Source of the DNA: a virus
Virus record (IMG/VR): IMGVR_UViG_3300048583_000222
Coordinates: 11,766 to 75,765 of that record
Direction: 5' to 3' (one strand)
DNA length: 64,000 nucleotides
The notes under the pieces are model-generated. The model had not been told where the DNA came from. It saw only the letters and a list, made by a program, of their open reading frames with translations, and made no database searches. A program made the translations under genes and the position numbers. This document shows, piece by piece, positions 14,601-25,100 of the stretch. Positions within the stretch are counted from its first letter, which is position 1. Every line of letters starts with the position of its first letter.

Positions 14601-16915
14601 TCCTCCAGCGAGGCCTTGTACGCAACGAGGTCAGACTTCTTACCGTACTTGGTTGCGAGAAACTTGACATAGTCCTGCAGAGAAGTATTGGGATTCTCTT
14701 TAAGATACTCCTGGTATCCTGCACTGTTAAGCAGATCTTCTGCCTTCTTCTGCATGGTCTTCTTGGAAGATTCAATCTGAGAGTCCATCATTTTCTGCAG
14801 TGCCTTGATCGTAGCCTCAGGTCCGATGTGCCCTACCATCTTGTACTTCTCGAGTATCTGATCTATGGTCTTTGCATCCTTATTCGTGATGGCATCATTG
14901 AACTTCTGTACGTCACTGCTGATGCGGTCTACAATCTTCTGATGCATGTCAATCTCCTCCTGTGCCCTGTTGGCGCCCGCATGCCATACGTCCGCATCAT
15001 AGGATGAATTGCCGTACACTTCATCGTACTCTTCTTCTGCTTTCGCAATCTCAGCATCTCCCTTCTGGAGTAACCGCTTCTGACGGTACACTGTTGCTGA
15101 TTGCTGGAACAGGTAATCTGCCACACCGAGCGTCTGCTCCTCAGGAGTAGTGAACTTGGCGTAGATAGTATCGTGCAGCTTTTGATAGTGCTTGATGTCT
15201 TCGATAGCTTCCTTGGCGCGCTGCTTATAGGAGTTGTCGTCGATATTGCTTGCCAGTCCTTTCTTCATGGCTTCACTCTCCTTGCTTTCTTCCTGCAAGA
15301 TGAGGGCCTCTTTCTGGCGCTGCAGCTCTTCCCGTACGACAGGATCTTCTGTCTCGCGCATCTGTAGGTTCAGCTCATCCAGCTGGGCCGCGGTATCGGT
15401 CTGTGGTACGGTATTGTCCGTGCTGGCAATCTCTTCGAAGGTAGAGATCCAGTTCTCTCCCATACCTACCTGCACGGCATTGAGCGCCAGTACATCGAAG
15501 AGCTGCATGCGAATGCGCTCCATGCCCACCTCGTCTCCAGCTGCCTTGGCTTGCGCCAGTTCCGCCATCTTCTTTTCCTTCCAGTCAAAGTCAGCAGCCA
15601 CAGCTTTCACCAGGCTGTCGAAATAACGTCGCGTACCATCTGCTTGGAGTGTACGGGAACTGACCAGCTTAGTCTCGCGTTTACCATCCATGGGTACATT
15701 CTCATCTACTATCTGCCTGTGCATAGGTATGTTATCCATGATCGCTGTCTGAGCCACACCTCCGAACGCACCAAGGATGAAGTTGAGGGCACCTTCTTGA
15801 TTGGTGACATCACTTAAGGCCCTGTCAAATGAAGTCAGAGATTCCACCAAGTTCTTCTTCTGCCCTTCTCCTACACGCTTACCTTCCGCTTCCGCGTACT
15901 GGGTGTTGATCTCTTCCAGACCTTCCTGTAGTGACTCACTGCCATAGGATGTGATGCCCGAACGGAGCTTTGAAGGAGCTACTTCCTCATAGGCCTTACG
16001 CATCCGTACAGCGAAATCATCTGCCGACTCTCCAGCCATAGGTTTGCCATTCTGCTTCATGAACTGCAATGCCTTATCCTCCGCGTTGCGGAACATGGGT
16101 GCCAGGGCAGTCATGTTCAGGGCCGTGTTCATAATCGTATTCATCTGTACAGTAGTGGATGCCGCATCAGCTGCTATCGTCTTGGCTTGGTTAGCGGCTA
16201 CATTGGGGTCCAGCCCTGACTCTACAAGTTTCCTGTATTGCGCGTTGTAGGCATCCTCGTACACCCGGTAACCACTCATAGCCCCTTCCATGTATGCCAG
16301 TGAGCTGGCCGTGGCAGCGCGCGCTGCAACACTGGCAATCTGCCCCGTGGTACGTCCTGCTGTTGCTGCAAGTTTGGCTAGCGACATGAATCCTTTACCG
16401 ATAAGAGCCCCTGGCAGCGCGAACTGCGAGGCACTTTCAACAAGTCCCCCAATATGAGTGATCCACCAGGCGGAGTCTGTCAAGTCAAAAGTCTGCTCAG
16501 GGTTTTCCAGGTACACTTCTCCAAATGGGTTCTTAGCGGACTTCATCAACTCAGTCAGCTCATTGCTATAGTCTTTGTCCTTGCCCCACTCCCCCACCAA
16601 TGATCCAATATATCCTGTCATCTCTCCTATACCGGTGATGATGTTGAATGGAAGATTAGCCAGTTGTATACCTGCACTTTCCCAGCCTCCCTGATCTTGA
16701 GCACGCAGCTTATTATTATCCGCATTGCTTTTCAGTTGGAATCTATAGTCGTTCTGATCTTCTCCTTGTGTGATGTCTCCACCATATTTGGGATCTACAG
16801 GAGTAGCATGCTGTTGTGCAAGAAGATTCCCGAGCCTGGACTTTCCTTTGCCGGGAGGTTCTTCCAGATTAGATGTACTATGAGTATTGTTGAGAACCTG
16901 TTTGAGATCTGGCAT
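11675..16915 (-). CDS. Large virion cargo/ejection protein (1,746 aa) with internal E3-binding (PSBD)-like domain
   Basis: Long ORF directly upstream of the vRNAP, as in crAss-like phages; coiled-coil-rich, with a hydrophobic Gly/Ala segment near the N-terminus; PSBD-like motif at about 13892-14017. Confidence 0.75.
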   Translation of the reverse strand: MPDLKQVLNNTHSTSNLEEPPGKGKSRLGNLLAQQHATPVDPKYGGDITQGEDQNDYRFQLKSNADNNKLRAQDQGGWESAGIQLANLPFNIITGIGEMTGYIGSLVGEWGKDKDYSNELTELMKSAKNPFGEVYLENPEQTFDLTDSAWWITHIGGLVESASQFALPGALIGKGFMSLAKLAATAGRTTGQIASVAARAATASSLAYMEGAMSGYRVYEDAYNAQYRKLVESGLDPNVAANQAKTIAADAASTTVQMNTIMNTALNMTALAPMFRNAEDKALQFMKQNGKPMAGESADDFAVRMRKAYEEVAPSKLRSGITSYGSESLQEGLEEINTQYAEAEGKRVGEGQKKNLVESLTSFDRALSDVTNQEGALNFILGAFGGVAQTAIMDNIPMHRQIVDENVPMDGKRETKLVSSRTLQADGTRRYFDSLVKAVAADFDWKEKKMAELAQAKAAGDEVGMERIRMQLFDVLALNAVQVGMGENWISTFEEIASTDNTVPQTDTAAQLDELNLQMRETEDPVVREELQRQKEALILQEESKESEAMKKGLASNIDDNSYKQRAKEAIEDIKHYQKLHDTIYAKFTTPEEQTLGVADYLFQQSATVYRQKRLLQKGDAEIAKAEEEYDEVYGNSSYDADVWHAGANRAQEEIDMHQKIVDRISSDVQKFNDAITNKDAKTIDQILEKYKMVGHIGPEATIKALQKMMDSQIESSKKTMQKKAEDLLNSAGYQEYLKENPNTSLQDYVKFLATKYGKKSDLVAYKASLEELRSRIQANQANLNDIMSDSNNVKKLLKKIKGPIDEQRKKMIEEDRKVALQAQVTRNAAAAHVERNKTSLDKHKQKLEVELDATQKEIVQIKDRITAVIQKINALKLTEHSMWNLNWKTKMLKHKYDLSNLKSALNDLQQKELALHDALKLNSAEILAQQETNEQAAQAAQAATSTVPPPGTAPAPKTRKPAAKTGVSITPAARALAELNGLDINTIVPTGRNGKQIVKSDVEKALAASQTVTPPPVPIPEAPVEDEIDVLIKEQAEYLKVLEENIPAEAHSAFAAFEEALKRDPNLPDIDFRNLPETQQALDDGLFFIFSDEVMDTLTALRKYIKSLPTVQDDQETPGETHTDEGTKTGKPEKTETEVTHGPVVTDPEQPETDNAPDVVVGKDKSHYEAKAVSMLKVNTTTLNPVDYTDDKGNYRIAGVGLNPNLNPAILDPTQLKPGTKVTAELDKNYQGKGKVHGHANKLQDISFSDFTDPDGKVTDHMNVPIRLVDERGTVIGYLATGDWMMEQFPGTGGPERMRNIVETIELEDGTIIDNLAIQQERLSKLRRLISEAGTVQLTIEAKGPGRVILHVDNTGEKPKYTRMPATDMLPDTTLSLAVINQTVVNTARNNPIEVNNTIDELDRWHNAPVVVLPMANGSVTVSPLYMDKLENELDLRTVERAIWLYLKSKDADVQAELKDVFARTGYDFGNAAHLRRFITQQYTYLQSFDASHTAHNPEADNNNFLFNVTDPSTGLATVMIGFANSGQQPIVANLRNKELSPEFVEALRAGLATRYRNVNYTKDEVMGINNNQKFQEVLYQTSGWKVHKHANYNAYVKSHATTYVDGRNQLAGKYVYAANPMITFFDDATVILKEDQTVTATLIPEVTTPTTSDSEEFSADDLDAANEMLGMELNSNIDLVGHTVTSIVPSADMQPLSMKILKDLYTFTPSEVRNGKTPDQVYREMIKANIPYLADGHNPFLKCG

Positions 16916-16916
16916 G

Positions 16917-19046
16917 TTATTTCTTTTGTAAGTCTTTCTGCATTTCCTCTACTATAGTACCAAGTTTACTGGACACCTCGCCTGGAGTATTGTACAGATA
17001 CTTCTGCTGTGTACCATCGGCTAATCTGAACACAGCTTCGTATTGTGGTTTGACATTTCCATACTCCTCATTGGTTGATATACCCGATGGATTTACCCTG
17101 CGTAGGCTTACGGTTTCTTTTTTTCCTCCGGGGAGTGCCAAATCAAGCGCTTTATCCGGAGAAGTTTCGAGGTCTCCTAGCGATTGTGCCACAGCTTGTT
17201 TGAAGTAGTGACTTTCTCCTGTGCCCAGTAAGTACTGGATAACATCCTGACCGGCATCCATCTTTACAAGACGTGTGGTTCCTACAGTCTCTCCATCTTT
17301 AGTACCCAGTTTACCTACTTTGAATACGACTTTGTACTTACCATCAGCAGGGTCAATGAACCATCCTCCAAATTTGGAGTCGCCTTTAATAGCTCCGTAG
17401 TCCTTGTCAGTCAACTCAGACCCGTCCATGTTCTTCATACCCAACAGGCCTCCTTTCAAGCCTCCAATGTCGAGATCCTGTGCCAGGTTTGTTACCATGT
17501 TTTCCATGGCTGTGTTTGCAGCTTTACTACGGAACTGCTGTATCGGAACCTCTACAGTACTATTCTGAGCATCTGCCTTTAGTAACTGAGCATAGCGTTG
17601 ATACCCGTCAGTATTCTGTAGTACCCTGGCGTAGGCGTCCTTGTACCGCTTCTCACGCAGTGCCTTTGGATCCCCTGATAGTTCAATAGCCCTATCAAGT
17701 AGATTGTAAGCTTGTTGCCCTGCTTTCTTGGCGTCTTTAATCAGCTCTTCGGTAGGATGGAATCCTGCCTTTTCCATAATCCGCTTTTCACGACTTTCCA
17801 ATGCTTGCTGGGTTCTACGTGCTTGGGCAATCATGTCATTGTTCTTGTCTACTACGTCAGTTACATCCATGTTCTTGCTGTCAATGTAACGCCCATTTGC
17901 ATTTTTAGTAACTCCGTTCAAGCGTAAGTAGTCGTTGGCTCCTGTCTCAAGCTTAGTTACAGCAGTCTGTGTGAGGTCTTTGGCACTGGCCAAGTCTGTA
18001 GGTGTCGCATATTGCATTCCCGGCAGACTAACTTTAGCAAGTCCTGCGAACGTAATCTTATTTTCATCTTCCACCCGTGCTTTAATTCGCGCAGCTGTTT
18101 CTTCAGTAGCTCCCATGTTCTTCCATACGTACTCGTGATCGTTGCGCTGGTACTTCTGACCCATTAGATCTACAGTCTTTTCGATCTCGCTGTACTTGGA
18201 CTGGGCTTTGTACAGCTGGTAGGCCTGCTGCAGGGTAACACCTTGCTGATCTGCAATCTGCTGCAGCTGCGGATACAGAGGGGACTGCTTGATGGCATTC
18301 TCGGGAGTGTACTTGGCATCGTAGCTGTTGAGCAAGGTTTCCTGATTCACCCAAGCCTGGTATTTGGGATCTGATGCCTTGGCTGCATCTATGATAGGCT
18401 TGATCTGTGTTTTGTAATCAAGTTGCTTACGCGTGTTGCCTTCCATGATGTAGAAACCATTGATGTCTTTCTGTATCGTACGTCCTGTAGTGGTTTCTTT
18501 CAGTCCGATCAGCTGCTTGTCGATCCATGCAGGTACATCGAGGTCATCGACCATAGCCTGACCCTGGAACTGGTTCTTCAACTGACCCGTGAGCGGATCA
18601 CGTTGCAGTCCCTTGTACGAACGCGTAGAATAATCCAGCATCTTGGCCGCACGATCGGGTGATACGGTACCCTTGTCGACTTTCTCTTTCAGCTCTTTCT
18701 GGTACTCTGCATACAGCTGCTGGTTCTGTGCAATGGGCTTGTACTCATTGACAAAGTCCCGGGCATCGCGCGCAGTATCACGGACCATGTTTTCATAGTC
18801 TCCTTTCTTGGCACGCTCTCCGAGCCTTCCCTTGTACTTCTCTTTCAGCTCGAGCAGGTGCTTGGTATCCTGCCCGAGGGAGGTAGCCTGCTTAATGCCC
18901 TGATCGATCGCATCTTCGTACTGCAATGCTGTGTCATACCGTCCCTGCATGACCTGTGAAGCTTGGGTCAGCTCAGGAACAGAAGAACCCACAAAGCGTG
19001 GGATCTCTTTACTGTTCGATAATTGGTACATTCCGTAGTCAGGCAT
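16917..19046 (-). CDS. Putative virion cargo/ejection protein (709 aa)
   Basis: Tightly packed ORF between the cargo genes and the giant RNAP genes; helical/charged composition; assigned by synteny only. Confidence 0.55.
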   Translation of the reverse strand: MPDYGMYQLSNSKEIPRFVGSSVPELTQASQVMQGRYDTALQYEDAIDQGIKQATSLGQDTKHLLELKEKYKGRLGERAKKGDYENMVRDTARDARDFVNEYKPIAQNQQLYAEYQKELKEKVDKGTVSPDRAAKMLDYSTRSYKGLQRDPLTGQLKNQFQGQAMVDDLDVPAWIDKQLIGLKETTTGRTIQKDINGFYIMEGNTRKQLDYKTQIKPIIDAAKASDPKYQAWVNQETLLNSYDAKYTPENAIKQSPLYPQLQQIADQQGVTLQQAYQLYKAQSKYSEIEKTVDLMGQKYQRNDHEYVWKNMGATEETAARIKARVEDENKITFAGLAKVSLPGMQYATPTDLASAKDLTQTAVTKLETGANDYLRLNGVTKNANGRYIDSKNMDVTDVVDKNNDMIAQARRTQQALESREKRIMEKAGFHPTEELIKDAKKAGQQAYNLLDRAIELSGDPKALREKRYKDAYARVLQNTDGYQRYAQLLKADAQNSTVEVPIQQFRSKAANTAMENMVTNLAQDLDIGGLKGGLLGMKNMDGSELTDKDYGAIKGDSKFGGWFIDPADGKYKVVFKVGKLGTKDGETVGTTRLVKMDAGQDVIQYLLGTGESHYFKQAVAQSLGDLETSPDKALDLALPGGKKETVSLRRVNPSGISTNEEYGNVKPQYEAVFRLADGTQQKYLYNTPGEVSSKLGTIVEEMQKDLQKK

Positions 19047-19047
19047 A

Positions 19048-20667
19048 TCAATATAATTTGCGGAGTTTACCTCCCATTTTGAATTTCTTCGTGTTGGCTA
19101 TGTACTTGTCCAGTGTCTGATCGGCTACCGGACGCTGCATGTTCTTCAGGGTCACGTACTGATGGTTGGCAGCAGGTGGTACGAAGTAGTCCCCGCTGCG
19201 GGCTGCTTCAGATGTCTGTGCGGCACGTGGTGCGATGTTTAGCTGTGCGTTGCCGTAAGAAGTACCCTGTGCTGATTGGATCATGGCATCTCCTGTGCGA
19301 TCAGCTTCCATGGTCTGGGCATACGCATGTCCTCCCATACTGGTGTGCCTATTGGTAGCCCTGCTGTACACATTGGTAGGTGCACCAACTACACCAGGTC
19401 TGGGTTCTTCCAGAAGTCCTCCGAATGCTTTCTTCTTGACATCTTTGGGGAGTACTAGTGGACGACTAAGCTCAGCGTTCACTTGTGCATCAGTCATAAG
19501 TCCTCTGGGATTCAATGCATCATCGTACGCATTGATTTGATTCAATCCATAAGCAAACAGATCAGGATCTTTTAAGCCTCCTACCCAGGGAGTACGTGTC
19601 AGTACTTCATTGTTCTTCACAGCTTCTGGATCATTGCGTAGCATCTTCTCGAAGTTCTGTTTGTACAATATGGAGTCGCTCGCAGTGGGTGTACGTGCCG
19701 AAGACATTCTGTATTGCGGAGTAGGAATGAGTCCACGAGTCAATCCTGGGCGCGGATCTATAGTACCACCTTTCCCGAACACCTTGTACATACCTCCGGC
19801 ACGCTTCTTCATAATGGGTGTGTTTGTTCTGGGATCAATGCCCATGTCCGCGGTCATCCGATCCAGTACTCCGCTATTGGCGTACACCTTAGAGAGTATA
19901 CCGTATTTGGTTCCTTCTAATTTCATAAGATCTCTTTGGTTGCTTGATGCTACAAACTTGTCTGCTGCATTGGCCAGGTTGGCACTTTGCATGCTCGTAT
20001 TGACCATCTGCCTGTTGACCTGAGCGTCCGCATACTGGTTCTGGTTGTTGACATTCTGCATATCAATCTGGCTGTTGGCCATGTTACCGGTATTCGTGAT
20101 CTGGGCATTGGCGTTGGCCTCAGCCTGATTGATCTGGTTCTTGGCCCGGATACCTTGGGTGAGGTTGGCCGTACGTACTGCAGCGGCTTGATTCTCCGGC
20201 ATGAATCGTACACCCTGATTCATTCCCGCTACAGAGCGGTCTACCTCTGCTTTGTCAGCATCGAAGTTGACCTTGCTGAACTTCACTGGGTTAAAGCTCT
20301 TGGGCGTAGCGGGTTGAGGGGCCCTGCGAAATGCGTTGGCAAAGTTGGACAGGTACGGTGCCACATCAGCGATGTCCCGCTTCCAGTCTCTTTTAGGAAC
20401 ATCTTCTGCGAAGGAGGTTCTATTCTTTACCCACTCATTGGTATCTACAGCAGGTTTGGTAATATTCAAACCCCCCGATTGTGTAGCTGTAGCTTCAGGC
20501 ATCATACCGGCCGCGGTAGGCAAGTTGTCTGGACTTATGACTCCTGTTTGTAAGGCAGCTAAGTCATTGGCCAGAGTACGTACTCGTGGAGTAGGTTTTT
20601 TAGCTGCCGTCTTAGTGGCGGTCTTGGTAGCAGCTGTGTTCGGTTTCGGCTTAGTAGATAACCCCAT
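19048..20667 (-). CDS. Putative virion cargo protein (539 aa), Asn/Gln/Ala-rich with repeated (F/Y)xxGG-type motifs
   Basis: Low-complexity N/Q/A tract; motifs KKRAGG, FGKGG, KAFGG and FKMGG; located in the cargo cluster. Confidence 0.55.
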   Translation of the reverse strand: MGLSTKPKPNTAATKTATKTAAKKPTPRVRTLANDLAALQTGVISPDNLPTAAGMMPEATATQSGGLNITKPAVDTNEWVKNRTSFAEDVPKRDWKRDIADVAPYLSNFANAFRRAPQPATPKSFNPVKFSKVNFDADKAEVDRSVAGMNQGVRFMPENQAAAVRTANLTQGIRAKNQINQAEANANAQITNTGNMANSQIDMQNVNNQNQYADAQVNRQMVNTSMQSANLANAADKFVASSNQRDLMKLEGTKYGILSKVYANSGVLDRMTADMGIDPRTNTPIMKKRAGGMYKVFGKGGTIDPRPGLTRGLIPTPQYRMSSARTPTASDSILYKQNFEKMLRNDPEAVKNNEVLTRTPWVGGLKDPDLFAYGLNQINAYDDALNPRGLMTDAQVNAELSRPLVLPKDVKKKAFGGLLEEPRPGVVGAPTNVYSRATNRHTSMGGHAYAQTMEADRTGDAMIQSAQGTSYGNAQLNIAPRAAQTSEAARSGDYFVPPAANHQYVTLKNMQRPVADQTLDKYIANTKKFKMGGKLRKLY

Positions 20668-20669
20668 GA

Positions 20670-21419
20670 TCAGATATTTAAGTATTGTTTCAGCTCTTCC
20701 TGCTGTTCGTACAGGCTTAGCTCTTTTTGTTTCAGTCGATCTATCGCATTGATACGCTCAGGCGTCCCAGCTTTCTGTTCTATCTTCCCAATTGCCCGGG
20801 CCAGTGGCTTGTGCAACTTGGCAAATCCGAGTGCTTCTGAGAATATCCTGGGTCCGCTCATTGTCTCCCCACCTTCCAACTCTGCATTGTGCTGCGGGAG
20901 TTGTACACCCCCCTCTTCGTGGGAGTTGCCGTCCACCTCTGCCGTATCACTGCTCAAAGGTCGTAGTTCTCCGCCAAACGACTTTATACCATTTACACTA
21001 TTTAACCGGTGGAGCTCTCCGCCATTCTGGTAGAACTGGGCTCCCTTGTTGCCGCGGATCAGGCTTGGATTGTTGGCAATCTCCATGTTGGAGCGATCAC
21101 GTTCATATATCTCCATCTCCCGGAAGTTGCGGGCATCTCCGATCTCCTGCTGCTTGCGTTGTACGGCTCCGCTGATGCCTCCATATAGCGCGCCTACTCC
21201 CGCACCGATCCCAAGTCCCAGTGGACCAAACTGTGAGCCCATGGCCGCACCACTCAACGCGCCCTTGCCGGCGGCCAGTCCTACGGAAGGGGCACGGTCT
21301 GTGGGAGAGAAGCCATCGAGGATAGATGCACCGGCGCCTGCTATGGAGCCGAACAGGGCATTGTTCTTCTCCATGAACCCGCCCTCCTTGTACACTTTGT
21401 AGAATTTAGTCTTCTTCAT
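20670..21419 (-). CDS. Putative virion cargo protein with glycine-zipper membrane segment (249 aa)
   Basis: GAAMGSQFGPLGLGIGAGVGALYGGISG glycine zipper; DGNSHEEGGVQL and ELEGGET motifs typical of Bacteroidota phage virion proteins. Confidence 0.6.
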   Translation of the reverse strand: MKKTKFYKVYKEGGFMEKNNALFGSIAGAGASILDGFSPTDRAPSVGLAAGKGALSGAAMGSQFGPLGLGIGAGVGALYGGISGAVQRKQQEIGDARNFREMEIYERDRSNMEIANNPSLIRGNKGAQFYQNGGELHRLNSVNGIKSFGGELRPLSSDTAEVDGNSHEEGGVQLPQHNAELEGGETMSGPRIFSEALGFAKLHKPLARAIGKIEQKAGTPERINAIDRLKQKELSLYEQQEELKQYLNI

Positions 21420-22171
21420 TACATGCTTTTATCCATGATTGCACCGTGCTGGTGCAGAATGATGTTATAGTTCTGGGTGTTGTCGTACTCCAGGCGGATG
21501 ACGAAGTGGTCGTCCATCAGCAGCTGCTTCTCATACCATGGCAGTGTGGTGCTGATCTTGGTTGTGTCCACACTGTAGTCATTGAAGATATCCTTGAGGA
21601 AAGACTCCTCATTGTTGGTGACTACGTTGCGGAAGTCGTTGAAGTTCCATACACCCTTGCTCTTGCGATGGGTCGCGTAGGACAGGTCCTTGAATACATT
21701 GTCCAGCAGTACGCGGCCGGAACACTGATAGTTGTTCCACACGGTCACGTGTGTGAAGGTCAGATGCTCTTTATCCTTGTTGTTTGCGTCCAATACTTCA
21801 GTTACCCATTGCAGGGCAGCGAGGATCTCTTCCTTGCGGTTGGTCACCACGATATCGATGAAGAAGGGCTCTGGCGTATTCTTGTAGTACATGCCATACG
21901 CCCCTGCATTGTGCTTGTACAATTCATTGTCTTTCAAGGTGTAGAGCTGGTCCCGGGCTACGATGTAGTGATCCGGGGTATACCCATGGAAGAATACCCA
22001 GTCTCCGGCAAGCAAGGAGTAAGAGGCTGTAAAGTCCTCACGTACACTGTCCTGGGCTTCCCGGAACAGGTAGCAGGTACCATTCACATTCTTGGTGTAC
22101 AGACAAGACAGGTCGCCTTCTGTAGCACCTGCAAGGTAGTTGGCAGCAGCCGGGTTGTTACATCCTATCAT
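21419..22171 (-). CDS. C-terminal portion of tail stabilisation/nozzle protein, encoded separately (250 aa)
   Basis: TASYSL...WVFFHGYTP, LYKHN, PFFIDIV and WNNYQCSG resemble the C-terminus of crAss-like stabilisation proteins; starts with a GCxxPxAxNY...SCLY motif; ATGA overlap with the upstream gene. Confidence 0.6.
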   Translation of the reverse strand: MIGCNNPAAANYLAGATEGDLSCLYTKNVNGTCYLFREAQDSVREDFTASYSLLAGDWVFFHGYTPDHYIVARDQLYTLKDNELYKHNAGAYGMYYKNTPEPFFIDIVVTNRKEEILAALQWVTEVLDANNKDKEHLTFTHVTVWNNYQCSGRVLLDNVFKDLSYATHRKSKGVWNFNDFRNVVTNNEESFLKDIFNDYSVDTTKISTTLPWYEKQLLMDDHFVIRLEYDNTQNYNIILHQHGAIMDKSM

Positions 22172-25100
22172 GCTACAATATTAATGGTGATGTAAAAGTC
22201 TGTCGTACCTCCTGTATCTGATGTGGCCCGGCAGTTAAGCTGGTACACATCTCCGATCTCCGGGAACAGGTTTCCATTTACGATCAGTTCTCGGGTAGCG
22301 GGATTTATGGTAAAGAAAGGCAGGGCTGCAGGTACCGTACTGAGAAGCGTGACACTGTCGACAAAGGTTCCACTTAAGGTAGTGAGGACGTAGTTGTTGT
22401 AGACAGAAGCTTCCAGGTCATACGTAAAGCCTACGATCACCGGTATCTTGACTTCATCGCAGCTCACTCCGCTAAGCACTACATTGTTGACGCCCCTGAA
22501 TTCCAGGATACGTCCGTCCATGTAGACATAGTCTCCTACCACCAGTGTAGGGATATCAGCATCCTCCAGGTTGAACCTGACTGCCTTAGAGGCCTTGGTA
22601 TACTTGCAGGTGAGTAACAGTCGCTTGAACTCCGGATCGTATCCTACGGTAATCCCATCCCCAATGAAGGTATTGGTACGGGGAGCGAAGGTCTTGATGA
22701 TCTCCAGGAATGTGTTGTACAGTCCGCCACCCAGATTCTCCGGCTTGGTTTTGTACATGAAGATCTCCTGACTATTGGCATCCAGGAAGAAGTACCCGGC
22801 TGGAGAGCGCAGGCAACTCAAGTCGTGCTGGGTACCAGCATAGCCTAGAGGAGCACTTTGGGCGTCTTGCGGATCGAACTGGAAGATGTCGGCCGAGCCC
22901 AGGGTCACCTGGAGCACGTCGCTTTCCAGCTTGGTCTTGTCTTGGGTCACCAGCAAAGCTGACTTGCAGTGGATCAGAAGTCTATCATCCTGCCCCTCGA
23001 GGTTGACGATCGTACCGACGTTCTTCTTGATTTCATAGTAATCCAGCGGCAGGAACGTACGCCAGCTTCGTGTCTTGTCTTGCCGGCCGAGCTGTCCTCC
23101 GCGGTGTATCCGGAAAGGGTGTATAGTGTTGACTTCGTTGTTCGTGTTGAAGATGCCGGTATCGACACTCAGCTCATTAAGGGCATTGAAGTCCTTGGAA
23201 TAGCCAAACTGATTGGGATCCTGCTTGAGGCTGTAATCGGTAATGTAGTTGTTGACGTCCTCCTTGACAATGGGCGAATTGGGATACCACTTGGAATACA
23301 CATTGCCCGGGGTCTCAAACCGTGCATAGAGGTTCGACGCCGCTTCACAGGCAATGCGCCTGACCACCTTGGTGCCAGACTTGTCCCCGAACTTCTGGTT
23401 GAACTGCATCCACCATCCATAGGTATGGAAGGAGTAATCCACAATGAAGGTATCTCCACCGAAGACTGTACTGGTTGTACCTACGACTTTGTCAGAAGCA
23501 GGGATGACTTTCTGGACCGTGAATGGGGCATAGACATCGTCTCGTACGCGCATCATGTTGGACAGATGGGTAACCTCGTGTGGGATACAAAGCCCGGCAC
23601 TTTGGTTATTCTCGTCTACGTCGTGCAGGTGCGTGGTGATGTCCGCAGTATCCATGACAGAGGCATTCAGCTTGCCGGCATAGTACGCTTCCAGATCTAT
23701 GTTGTGCCAGGCAGATACCTCTGTATTGTTGGGTACCAGCTGGGTCTCTGTTATGTTGCGTAGTCGTTTGGCAGAGGACACCACAGTGGGCGTCAGACCT
23801 TTTGCCAGATAGTCGATCAGGTATACGATCGGACCACGTACGTCGTTATTGCCCAGGTTGTTGTCCTCGATGAATCCTTCAGTCTGCAGCTGGGTGCGCT
23901 TAAGCTTGAGGTGTGTCGACAGGTAATACCCTGTGTCAGACAGTGCCGGCTTGTTGAACAGCAGGTCAAAGCCATGGAATCTCATCGCTTTGGTATCCAG
24001 TCCAAGGGCATTGTCCGGAGGATTACCATCTGGCTTTTTGGCTGCATGGAAGTTGCCTCCTGTAGATACGTATTTTGTACCGCCTCCGGTGAGGGTGAAT
24101 GCCCCACCATTGTAAGCAGCGTACTGTGCACTATGCATGAGCGCGCCTTGGGCCAGTACCGTGGCATTATTGAGGGTACGCTTGCCAAAGCCCAGCTGCC
24201 ATCCGTCGATCTGATCGGCGTACTCAGCCGGTATGATGACATTGGTCAGTTTGAGACCCAGCAGGTCAAGCTTGTTCTTTCCGTAGGTAGTGTCTATGGG
24301 ATACAGGTTTTCCTTGCACCAGGCAATGGAGGGCATGCGGTGATGCCGTACTTTCTGGTTGCGCAGGTTGACCCCACCCAACCCACCGGTACTGGAGTCA
24401 AAGCTCGGGTCGTCGGGATAGGTCTCGTTGTCGTTTTCCCAGTAGCCCATCTCTCCTTCGAGCTGTGCTGCATTGAAACTGGGGATGGTATCCTCTACCT
24501 GGAACTTCTTGGCAGTGATGCCTTGCGTATTGGCCAGGGTCGACGCGTCAGTCTCACCTGCCAGAGGAGCTCTGCCCGGGATGTGGAACCACTGGGTCCA
24601 TCCTCCGCGGGTGAGTGAGTATCTTATATAAGGTGCTACGACTTCTTCGTGCATCCAGCTACGCTTCTCTCCCCGTACGTGCTCCTGAGAAGGCGCCAGG
24701 GTATCAAGCAGTTCGCTTTTCCAGTTCACCCGGATCAGGTTGGCGTAGCGCTGCATGTTGATGGTCGGGGCACTCTCGAGATTCCCCAGATACAGGGCAT
24801 CGTTGAGTTGTCCGATCGTACCTACCTTGGTATAGAAGGCCTGTGGAATGAGTACATTCTCCAGTGTGGTATTCGTGGTAACCTCTGTACCGGTGTAGTT
24901 CAATGTCATCTCTTCCGACGTAATAGAAGCTTCTGGCAGCAGTTGCGGAGTACCATAGACTCCATTGACCTTGTAGAGGATCGCTGCCTGTACAAAATCA
25001 TAGGTGAGGTCCAGGTTGGTCATGGTCAGTACCAGTGACTTGTCGGTCACTGAGTCAGTCGCTCCTGCTACGATCGTCACTCCGGTATTGCCCACGAAGC

